DNA of 64,000 nucleotides from NCBI GenBank assembly GCA_000004985.1, contig GG738882.1. One strand, given 5' to 3'. The translations under genes and the position numbers were made by a program. This document shows, piece after piece, positions 11,106-20,108 of the stretch (within the stretch, counting starts at the first letter, position 1; every line of letters starts with the position of its first letter). The notes beneath the pieces were generated by a model. That model had not been told where the DNA came from. It worked only from the letters and a program-made list of their open reading frames with translations, and did no database searches. Source of the stretch: Naegleria gruberi. Its lineage: Eukaryota.

Positions 11106-12365
11106 TTAGAAATAAATATCATAATTGTGTTTTGGAATTTTTGAGAATAAGCTAATAGGATGTTGAATCAGAAGGGCATTAGTATTCTTATCTTGATAAA
11201 CTACTGATACAACATTTCCAAATCCAAACATTTCCCTTCTTGTTCTTGCTAATAAAACTCTTCCAAATTGAGGATCCCTTTCAAATGTTGTAAGGAAACC
11301 ATTTTGAGACATTAAGCTGTCATGCCCCGTTTGAAACCTGTGGGATATCTTAATTCCAATTCTTAGTTTGTTTCCAGAGCCCTGTATTCTTTCAATTTTC
11401 CCAAATAGTTTGGATTTGCAAAAAATCCAACATGTTTGATTAATATATATATCCTTATTGATGTTATCTGAGTTGAAATGAGTATAATCAATCCAAAACG
11501 AATCTACCTTAATCATTTTAATCTTTTCCGAATAGTAATTTCCACTTAAAAAGTGTTTATACTTATGAGAATAAGAGCGTGGAATCAATTCTTTCATAAA
11601 AGGAGCAAAGAATATATTACCAGGAAGAAATACTTTAGGTTTTTCATAACTAAAAGTTGCCAAGTAATCGGCACCCTCTACTTTAAACTTTCGTTCTCCA
11701 TTATTCGTATTAAAATAAATTTCCTCTCCTTGATGAACTATTCCACTTAATACTTTAAAATGACAAGTGGCATACAATCTACAAGAATAAACAGTTTGTA
11801 ACATTTGTATTCTGACAGGTTGAGCAGCCAATCGATCAAAATCTATTTTAATAGGCAACGAGTGAATCCAATCCTTAACTTTGTCAATTGAATTCCAATT
11901 TAAAAATTCACAAGTCAATTCAACCACTGATTCTTTTCTAATTACTTTTCTAATCCAATCATAAACTTGATCATTACTTTTAACATTCCGATTATTATCC
12001 ACCAACAATAAAATCCTATCAATTAAAGAATAATTCACCATTCGAATACAATCTCTCAATCGTTGATACATAATTTCATCATCAGTACTTTCAACAATGA
12101 TAATTGCATAATCCGAAACCATCAATGCCTTGTTCATATTTGTGATGGTGCACTGTCTAGCGCCTATCCCCACCAATTGAATAATTAATTTCCTATCAAC
12201 ATCATCATCATTCATTGAATTCGGATCATTCATTACATTGTAATTGATGGTTCTTCTCCATGTAAAATTATATAGTTTGAAATATCGGTAAAATCGCTCG
12301 GAATGATCCGAGTGATCTCCTATCAGTGCAATCGTGATATTTTCTCTAAAGTAATGTTGAGACAT
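11106..12365 (-). CDS. Divergent translational-GTPase-like protein (eEF1A/Hbs1-family fold) with eroded GTP-binding motifs (pseudo-GTPase)
   Basis: 419-aa ORF. N-terminus ITIALIGDHSDHSE aligns to the G1 region of EF-Tu-family proteins (IGHVDHGKST) but lacks the GKS/T. LLLVDNNRNVK sits where NKxD is expected. Downstream PVRIQMLQTVYSCRLYATCHFKVLSGIVHQGEEIYF resembles the domain II beta-barrel (PLRLPLQDVYKI..GTV..GRVE.G.IK.G..V.F). A C-terminal domain-III-like region follows. Confidence 0.45.
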   Translation of the reverse strand: MSQHYFRENITIALIGDHSDHSERFYRYFKLYNFTWRRTINYNVMNDPNSMNDDDVDRKLIIQLVGIGARQCTITNMNKALMVSDYAIIIVESTDDEIMYQRLRDCIRMVNYSLIDRILLLVDNNRNVKSNDQVYDWIRKVIRKESVVELTCEFLNWNSIDKVKDWIHSLPIKIDFDRLAAQPVRIQMLQTVYSCRLYATCHFKVLSGIVHQGEEIYFNTNNGERKFKVEGADYLATFSYEKPKVFLPGNIFFAPFMKELIPRSYSHKYKHFLSGNYYSEKIKMIKVDSFWIDYTHFNSDNINKDIYINQTCWIFCKSKLFGKIERIQGSGNKLRIGIKISHRFQTGHDSLMSQNGFLTTFERDPQFGRVLLARTRREMFGFGNVVSVVYQDKNTNALLIQHPISLFSKIPKHNYDIYF

Positions 12366-12649
12366 TTTTTTCTAATATTCTCTTTACAATTTTGTTACAA
12401 CAAAGAAATTGGATCAATTACAAAGAGTATTATTGAATGACAAAATTTGATCTACAGTTCTTTTTCTAAAGTGCCATAGTACTGCTTCTCTATTCTCTCC
12501 AATTTTCAATTTTTCATTCACCAACTTCATCTTTTTCAAAAAGTTCTATTTTTACAACAAGAATTCACCTTTGCTATTTAAACAAAAAACAAGCAACGGC
12601 CTTTGATTTCATAATTATAAAAAAATAGAACAACAACAATAACGAGAAA

Positions 12650-15600
12650 ATGAACGGTGCCTTTACCTACTCACCAGTGGATTTGTCTTCCATTGATAGA
12701 ATTCAGTTTGGCATTTTGAATCCACATGTGGTTGAGAAAATGTCTGCATGTGAAATAATTCATGCCGAAACTGAGGAGAAAGGTCTTCCAAAGGAAGGTG
12801 GTTTGATGGATCTTCGTATGGGAACTGTAAATAGTGCACTCTCCTGTATGACATGTGGCTGTGGAGTGAGTGAATGTCCAGGACACTTTGGACATGTCAA
12901 TATTCATCCAACATTTAATATATTATTCCTAAAGACAATTGTCAAGATATTGAAATGTACATGTGTCCATTGCAGTAGATTGCTCTTCAATAGAAACACT
13001 CCAGAATTCAAGAGAATCCAACAAATCGCCAACAAACGAAAAAGATTTAACGAATTGATGAAACTGAAACCAATGGACAAGTGCATGATTGATGATTATA
13101 CAGGTTGTGGTGGTATTCAACCTAAAATATCGAAGAATCAACTGTCCATCACTCAAATATTTCCAAATTCCAATGAAATCAAGCAAGAAATCAAAGCTGA
13201 AAGTGTCTTGCAGATTTTCAAGAGAATTTCAACACAAGATTTGGAATTACTTGGTTTTGATTCAATTAATTCGAATCCAGAATGGATGATATTAACTTGT
13301 CTTCCAGTGCCACCTCCACATGTTCGTCCTTCTGTGATGCATGGCTTGAATGATAAGGCAGAAGATGATTTGACTCATAAACTTGCTGACATTATCAAGT
13401 CAAATGCCACAATTCAGAAATTGAGCAAATCTGGATCTCCACAACATTATCTTGATGACATGATCAAGATTTTGCAATATCATTGTGCTACTTATATGAA
13501 TAATGAAATTTCTGGAGTGCCAATGTCAACTACCAAGAATGGAAGAATGTTAAAAAGTTTGAGACAAAGATTGAAGGGCAAGGAAGGACGTGTCAGAGGT
13601 AATTTGATGGGTAAACGTGTAGATTTCTCAGCAAGAACTGTGATTACTCCAGATCCAACCATTGAAATAGATCAGGTTGGTGTTCCAAGAACAATTGCAA
13701 GAAATATGACAGTTCCAGAAAAAGTGACACCTTTCAACTTTGAGAGAATGAATGAATTGGTCATGAATGGTCCAGAAACCTATCCAGGTGCTAAATACGT
13801 CCTTCGTGATGATGGTACTCGAATTGATTTGAAATTTCTTTCAGATAGATCAACAGATCAAGTTCAATTACAATACGGTTACACAATTGAACGTCATTTA
13901 CAAGATGGTGATGTCGTTCTCTTCAATAGACAACCTTCCCTTCACAAAATGTCCATGATGGGTCACAGAGTTAAGGTTATGCCTTACAGCACTTTCAGAT
14001 TAAATCTCTCCGTAGTAACTCCGTACAATGCCGATTTTGACGGAGATGAAATGAATTTGCATTTGCCTCAATCTTTGCAAACCAAAACTGAATTGTTAGA
14101 GCTCATGATGGTTCCAAAGAATATCATCACTCCTCAAAGTCATCGTCCTCTCATTGCACTAGTTCAGGATACATTACTGGCAGGTTCAAAATGTACAAGA
14201 AGAGATGTCTATATTGAGAAGGATGTCATGATGAATTGTCTAATGTATTTGCAAGATTTTAATGGTCAATTGCCAGTTCCAGCAATTTTAAAGCCAAAAC
14301 CATTGTGGACTGGAAAACAATTATTTTCACTTCTATTACCCTCAATTGACTATTATGGAATTTCTTCCACACACGATGATGAAGTTGGAGATTTGAAACA
14401 TTTGGATGATCATTTACCTGAATTCGATACTGGAATAATCATTTCTAATGGAGAACTCTTAACAGGTATTTTAGATAAGAAATCTTTAGGGTCATCCCAT
14501 GGCTCCTTAATTCACATCATTGTTAATGATAAGGGAACTCAGGAAGGAAAGAAATTCCTTGGACAATGTCAACATGTACTGAACTATTGGTTGCTTCAAC
14601 ACGGATTCAGTGTTGGTATTGGAGATACAATTGCAGATGGGGAAACTGTTAAGAAAATTGAAGAAATCATTAATAATGCTGAGAGAGAAGTTAAGAAAAT
14701 TGTCAAACAAGCTCATAATGGATTGGTGACAGCTGAACCTGGAAGAACAGTTGAGCAATCATTTGAAAGATCAATCAATTCAACATTAAATGCCGCCAGA
14801 GAGGATGCTGGTATGCATGTCAAAAAGTCACTCAAAGATTCGAATAGCATCAAATCAATGGTTACTTCAGGAAGTAAGGGTTCCTACCTTAACATTTCAC
14901 AAATCATTGCCTGTGTCGGTCAACAAAACGTTGAAGGTAAGAGAGTACCTTTCGGATTCAAGAACAGAACACTCCCTCACTTTAGTACAGATGATCATGG
15001 ACCTGAGAGTCGTGGTTTTGTTGCCAACAGTTACCTCAGAGGACTTACACCTCAGGAATTCTTCTTCCACACAATGGGAGGTCGTGAAGGGTTGATTGAT
15101 ACAGCTGTCAAGACAGCTGAGACTGGTTATATTCAGAGAAGATTGGTGAAGGCCATGGAAGATGTTAAGGTCAACTATGACGGAACTGTGAGAGATGCTT
15201 CTGGAAATATTATCCAGTTCTTGTATGGTGAAGATGGAATGGATCCAATCAAGTTGGAAAGCCAATCGTTTGAAATGTTAAGTTTGAGTGATGAGATATT
15301 TGAAGAAAAGTACAAATGGTCAACCAAGTTGGAAGACCACAACATTCCAGAAAGTGATTTGAATGAAATTTCCTTAGATTTTGCCAATTATTTGATGAAA
15401 CTGAATGATGAATATAAAAAATTGCAAGAATATCGTCACTTGGTAAGAGATGAAATATTACAATCAGTAGATTCAAAGATTGTCTTTCCAGTCAACTTGT
15501 CCAGATTGATCAAGAGAGTTCAAAGAGAATATGGTAGAAAGCACTCTACTTTCAACAACTCCTCAGATTTGAATCCACTCTACGTTATCAAGAAGGTCAA

Positions 15601-17602
15601 CTCTACATGTGAAGAGCTACTCATCATTAAGGGAAAAGATAAATTATCAGAAGAAGCTCAAAGAAATGCAATTTTGCTTTTTTCAATTTTCTTGAAATTT
15701 TCATTGGCATCCAAGGTTGTTATGAATGAATTGAATTTGACTCGAGAATCTCTTGAATATTTATTGGGAGAGGTCAAGTACACATTCTTGAATGGTTTGG
15801 TTCAACCTGGTGAAATGGTTGGTTGCATTGCAGCTCAGTCAATTGGTGAACCTGCTACTCAAATGACTTTGAATACCTTTCACAATGCTGGTGTTTCGTC
15901 TAAGAATGTTACTTTGGGTGTTCCTCGATTGAAAGAACTCCTCGATGTTTCAAGAAATATCAAAACTCCTGGGTTGACCATTTATCTCAAAAATGATAAT
16001 GATTGTGAAATTGCCAAAATGGTTAAGGAAGAATTGGAATATTCTAATTTAGGTTCCATTACTAGATCTACTCAGATTATCTACGATCCAGATATTTTCA
16101 ATTCAGTTATTGAAAGTGATCAATTTTTCATTAGAGAAATGCTGGAAGAAAAAACCATTGATCCTAATACGTTTAGTCCATGGTCATTGAGATTCGTATT
16201 AGATAGAGAAATGATGAGTGAACATTTGAACATGTCTCAGATTGCAAATATTATCAAACAAGAATTTCAAAATGACATTTCATGTTTCTATTCGGATGAT
16301 AATTCAGAGGAGTTAATCTTGATAATTCGTATTCGAAACAGTGAGAAATCCAAATCTGAAACTGAGGACGATGAAGAGGATTCTTCCATGATTGTTGAAT
16401 TCCTTAAAAGACTCGAGTCCAACATGCTTAGTCAACTCTCCCTTAAAGGTCACAACAATCTCAAGAAGGTTTTCTACAGAAAAGATGAAAATATTAAATT
16501 CTTTTCCAATAAGGGAGTTGAAAAGAAGACAAGATGGTCATTAGAAACAGAAGGTTGTGATTTACTTTCAGTCATGTCTCATCCACAAGTTGATTTTAGA
16601 AATACCTTGTCAAATGATGTTATTGAAGTTGAGAAAGTGTTGGGAATTGAAGCTTGTAGAAATTTATTAATGAAAGAATTGAGAAAGGTTATTGAGTTTG
16701 ATGGTTCCTATGTCAATTATAGACATTTGGCTATTTTATGTGATGTAATGACTCAAGGAGGTGTTATTACAGCTGTCACTCGTCACGGTTTGGCCAGAAG
16801 TGATAATGGACCACTTATGAGATGTTCATTCGAGCAAACAGTTGAAGTACTTGTGGAAGCAGCTCAATTTTCAGATGTTGATACCTTGAAAGGAGTTTCA
16901 GCCAATGTTATGGTTGGTAAATTGGCTCCGATTGGAACAGGAACTTTTGATCTAGTCCTAGATGAGCAATTATTGAAGGAAACCATTCAACCAACCTTTA
17001 TGAAGGCTTCTCATTTGACAAATATTTCAATAAGCTCTCCTCATGCTGTCATGACTCCTTATCACTCAACTTTCTCTACACCTTCCTGTTCAACACCATT
17101 CTCTTCATCACCATCTAGTCCTTGGACTCCACAATATTCTCCATACACTTCTGCATTTTCACCAATTACATCCATTGCAAGTTCTCCAACAAGTCATAAT
17201 GCAAGCTATTCACCAAGTGCAAATCATAATTATTCACCAAGCAGCCCAGCCAATTATAGCCCAAGCTCACCATTAGGATCTTATTCACCAAGTAGTCCAA
17301 ATTATAGAGACTATAGTCCAACATCTCCATTAATTAATGGTCCAATGTCACCAATCTATAGTCCTTCTTCACCTGCCTACACTCCAATGAATAGTCCTGG
17401 AAGATATAGCCCTAGCTCTCCTGCATTCTCACCTCTGAGTCCAAATGTTTATTCACCATCCAGTCCTGGAAGATACAGCCCTAGCTCTCCATCAAGTCCT
17501 AATATTTATTCACCAACTAGTCCAATCTATAGTCCAACATCTCCATACTCTCCGTCAAGTCCAAGTTTTAGCCCAACTTCACCAATAGATTGGAAACAAT
17601 AG
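12650..17602 (+). CDS. RPB1: DNA-directed RNA polymerase II largest subunit (RPB1) with non-canonical CTD
   Basis: 1650-aa intronless ORF. N-terminal zinc-binding clamp (CxxC..C..H). Universal catalytic motif NADFDGDEMNLH. Trigger loop, bridge helix and other conserved blocks present. C-terminus (about 17120..17602) is a Ser/Pro/Tyr-rich CTD made of degenerate YSPSSP / YSPTSP units with variable spacers rather than tandem YSPTSPS heptads. Confidence 0.95.
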   Translation: MNGAFTYSPVDLSSIDRIQFGILNPHVVEKMSACEIIHAETEEKGLPKEGGLMDLRMGTVNSALSCMTCGCGVSECPGHFGHVNIHPTFNILFLKTIVKILKCTCVHCSRLLFNRNTPEFKRIQQIANKRKRFNELMKLKPMDKCMIDDYTGCGGIQPKISKNQLSITQIFPNSNEIKQEIKAESVLQIFKRISTQDLELLGFDSINSNPEWMILTCLPVPPPHVRPSVMHGLNDKAEDDLTHKLADIIKSNATIQKLSKSGSPQHYLDDMIKILQYHCATYMNNEISGVPMSTTKNGRMLKSLRQRLKGKEGRVRGNLMGKRVDFSARTVITPDPTIEIDQVGVPRTIARNMTVPEKVTPFNFERMNELVMNGPETYPGAKYVLRDDGTRIDLKFLSDRSTDQVQLQYGYTIERHLQDGDVVLFNRQPSLHKMSMMGHRVKVMPYSTFRLNLSVVTPYNADFDGDEMNLHLPQSLQTKTELLELMMVPKNIITPQSHRPLIALVQDTLLAGSKCTRRDVYIEKDVMMNCLMYLQDFNGQLPVPAILKPKPLWTGKQLFSLLLPSIDYYGISSTHDDEVGDLKHLDDHLPEFDTGIIISNGELLTGILDKKSLGSSHGSLIHIIVNDKGTQEGKKFLGQCQHVLNYWLLQHGFSVGIGDTIADGETVKKIEEIINNAEREVKKIVKQAHNGLVTAEPGRTVEQSFERSINSTLNAAREDAGMHVKKSLKDSNSIKSMVTSGSKGSYLNISQIIACVGQQNVEGKRVPFGFKNRTLPHFSTDDHGPESRGFVANSYLRGLTPQEFFFHTMGGREGLIDTAVKTAETGYIQRRLVKAMEDVKVNYDGTVRDASGNIIQFLYGEDGMDPIKLESQSFEMLSLSDEIFEEKYKWSTKLEDHNIPESDLNEISLDFANYLMKLNDEYKKLQEYRHLVRDEILQSVDSKIVFPVNLSRLIKRVQREYGRKHSTFNNSSDLNPLYVIKKVNSTCEELLIIKGKDKLSEEAQRNAILLFSIFLKFSLASKVVMNELNLTRESLEYLLGEVKYTFLNGLVQPGEMVGCIAAQSIGEPATQMTLNTFHNAGVSSKNVTLGVPRLKELLDVSRNIKTPGLTIYLKNDNDCEIAKMVKEELEYSNLGSITRSTQIIYDPDIFNSVIESDQFFIREMLEEKTIDPNTFSPWSLRFVLDREMMSEHLNMSQIANIIKQEFQNDISCFYSDDNSEELILIIRIRNSEKSKSETEDDEEDSSMIVEFLKRLESNMLSQLSLKGHNNLKKVFYRKDENIKFFSNKGVEKKTRWSLETEGCDLLSVMSHPQVDFRNTLSNDVIEVEKVLGIEACRNLLMKELRKVIEFDGSYVNYRHLAILCDVMTQGGVITAVTRHGLARSDNGPLMRCSFEQTVEVLVEAAQFSDVDTLKGVSANVMVGKLAPIGTGTFDLVLDEQLLKETIQPTFMKASHLTNISISSPHAVMTPYHSTFSTPSCSTPFSSSPSSPWTPQYSPYTSAFSPITSIASSPTSHNASYSPSANHNYSPSSPANYSPSSPLGSYSPSSPNYRDYSPTSPLINGPMSPIYSPSSPAYTPMNSPGRYSPSSPAFSPLSPNVYSPSSPGRYSPSSPSSPNIYSPTSPIYSPTSPYSPSSPSFSPTSPIDWKQ

Positions 17603-17954
17603 AATAAAATAAACACATTGATGTGAATTATGTTGTATTAAGGGTTCAAAATCATGTTCATGTGAAATTATGAGAAATGTGCATATAGAGAAGCTAAATC
17701 TTAGTAAATAGGAATTGGTCCTACTTTTTGAGAGGCTTACAGTAACGTCAATATTACTACGCCGTAAAGTTAGAGTTCTCCAATTTCTATAACACCAAAT
17801 AAATTCTCGCTATCAAAACGGCAATTGGAAAGCTTACGGCGAGCACAATTTTTTATTAAGGATGATTGTTGCTTTATTCGTTCGTTGAGCGAATTGGGAT
17901 TTTCGCAAGAACACTTCTGCCTTAAAAACAAATACAAAAAAAATCTGTAACACC

Positions 17955-18413
17955 ATGATGGAACATCTAGCAAGAATGAATTGTTTGGAAAAGAAGCCTT
18001 GTAGTGAGGTAGAAGATCCTGTCCAAGACTTGTATTATAAAAGTGAAAAGCCGAATCGATCATTATCGCTGGGGTGGTGTGTTGGTGTCTTTATGGTACT
18101 GATTTTGACAATATTCATCGATGATACTTTTTCAAGTCAGCCTTTTCAATATGAAGTATCACAAATTCTCTTATTGAATATCCTCTATTTCATGCTGTCT
18201 ACTACATCATTGGTATTCTCATTGATTTTGGTGAGCAATCCTCAATTTTGTTTATCTCTTACTGATGATAAGGAAGGAATACTCAGAGAAAATTTGAGTC
18301 CTATGCTGAATTGTATCATGTATGCCTTGTTGATGGTATTTACCATCTTATGGGTTGTGAGTGTCAAGGCTTTATTTCATTCCGTCCTTGTATCATTATC
18401 TTATTCATTGTAG
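17955..18413 (+). CDS. Hypothetical small multi-pass membrane protein
   Basis: 152-aa ORF with 3-4 hydrophobic helices: VGVFMVLILTIFI, ILLLNILYFMLSTTSLVFSLILV, CIMYALLMVFTILWVVSV. No recognisable domain. May have unrecognised upstream exons. Confidence 0.3.
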   Translation: MMEHLARMNCLEKKPCSEVEDPVQDLYYKSEKPNRSLSLGWCVGVFMVLILTIFIDDTFSSQPFQYEVSQILLLNILYFMLSTTSLVFSLILVSNPQFCLSLTDDKEGILRENLSPMLNCIMYALLMVFTILWVVSVKALFHSVLVSLSYSL

Positions 18414-18562
18414 AGTCATCTATTCGAGAATGAAGTTTTTACAATACTATAGCTGCGAGTTGTACCATATCCTATTCTTTTGTTAATTATATTAAATTCT
18501 TAATCATAATTACTATTTAATTTAAATTTAATATCATCAACTATTTTCAGAAATTTTAAAAA

Positions 18563-19897
18563 ATGTTCAAATTAATTCCGTCATCTTCATCATTATCCAT
18601 GTTGATGAAATCCAATCAATTACGGAGTCGATTTGCCATCACTCATTCTATTAACAAGCACAAATTATTCGGAATAAACAATAGATACTTTTCAATTCTT
18701 TCATCAAAACAATTTCAACAACAACAAATAATTTCTCCCACTAACAATGAACAAGAAAAAGCACTTTTGGAACAAGAAGAATGTAATAGAGTATTTAAAT
18801 TATTGGATAATTATCCAAAGGAGACGGGTATCATTTTACATGAAATTAAAAAACAATTAACAAGATTGGAATTAGGAAAAGGAAAGAGAGAAGCAGGCCA
18901 ATTGATTGGTCTATTGAAGATTACACTTCCTTGGCTGAAGAATTTTCTCACCACTTCAATACAAATGAAGGATATGACATTCCTGCTGAAATATTTCAAT
19001 AAGGATGTGTTTATTGGAGATAGAGCCAATCCAGAAATTGTTTCGAGGCAGGTTTCACTCATGAGTCCTATTGAGCAGCCAGTTTTTAATGAAATGACAA
19101 TTAAGGAACCTGAAAGGAAGAGAATTATTTTCACTGATATTCAATCATGTGGACCATGGATTGATTTGCTGGTGAGTCATAACAAGACGATTTGCTTTGA
19201 TTGTGAGTGGAATTTTCATTCGAGGTCAACTGATGGACCTAAAGTGATTCAACTATCGAATGGATGGCTCACTCTAATCATTTACGTGGATTCAATACAA
19301 GTATCAAGTGGGAAAATTCATGATCTCTTCTGGGATAAGAAAATTACAAAGTTTGGATATGACATTAGTCCAGATGTGAAACGTTTATCAAATTGGTTCA
19401 ACTACAAGAAATTGAATCCCCTCCCAGAAATGAGCAACCTTTCGAGTATTGGAATTCTAGATGCTGATCCTCTCAAATTTGGTCTCACTAATTTACTAAA
19501 ATTTGGAGTTGTTAAGGGAAGAGAAATTGTACCACTTGTTGGAAAACAAAAAAACAATTACAATTTTCACATTTGGAATTTGGATCAATTAGATCCATAC
19601 ACTGGCAATGGAATGCACCACTTGGAATACGCAGCCAGTGACGTCATTGCAGGATTCTACTACTTCTCCAATGCTGACATTCACTCCAAAGATAATCAAG
19701 ATTTAAATTATTGGATCAATATTCTTAACCAGAATGGATTCCCAAATACTGAACCACGAGCTACCAACGAAGAATTGAAAAGAGTTGTCAATATTGCCAC
19801 CAATCAACGATTGAATTATACAGATACTTCTTTCGGTATTCCACTCTTTTTCTCTATTGATGATCATCAGAAGAATAAATCATTGAGGTATAGATGA
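18563..19897 (+). CDS. 3'-5' exonuclease domain protein (DEDDy, WRN-exo/Mut-7-like fold), possible N-terminal organellar presequence
   Basis: 444-aa ORF. ICFDCEWNF matches exo motif I (GFDxEW). KFGYDISPDVKRL matches motif II. HHLEYAASDVIAGFYYF matches motif III (YAAxDA). N-terminus MFKLIPSSSSLSMLMKSNQLRSRFAI is basic and hydroxylated, like a mitochondrial presequence. Confidence 0.6.
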   Translation: MFKLIPSSSSLSMLMKSNQLRSRFAITHSINKHKLFGINNRYFSILSSKQFQQQQIISPTNNEQEKALLEQEECNRVFKLLDNYPKETGIILHEIKKQLTRLELGKGKREAGQLIGLLKITLPWLKNFLTTSIQMKDMTFLLKYFNKDVFIGDRANPEIVSRQVSLMSPIEQPVFNEMTIKEPERKRIIFTDIQSCGPWIDLLVSHNKTICFDCEWNFHSRSTDGPKVIQLSNGWLTLIIYVDSIQVSSGKIHDLFWDKKITKFGYDISPDVKRLSNWFNYKKLNPLPEMSNLSSIGILDADPLKFGLTNLLKFGVVKGREIVPLVGKQKNNYNFHIWNLDQLDPYTGNGMHHLEYAASDVIAGFYYFSNADIHSKDNQDLNYWINILNQNGFPNTEPRATNEELKRVVNIATNQRLNYTDTSFGIPLFFSIDDHQKNKSLRYR

Positions 19898-20108
19898 TCA
19901 CTTAACAAAGAGAGAAATTCCAACGTCTGAACTCAATCCTTTCCATTCTTAATCACTCAGGTAAACCATTAGAAACTAATCCTTCCATTATTCGCCAAAC
20001 ATTGCAGGTATCACTGTGGATGAAAATCGTCTCATTTCACATCGAGAGAAGAAACAAGTGGAAAAAATAGCAAGACGAAACTCTGTGGTGTGACAATCTA
20101 ATTTCGTC

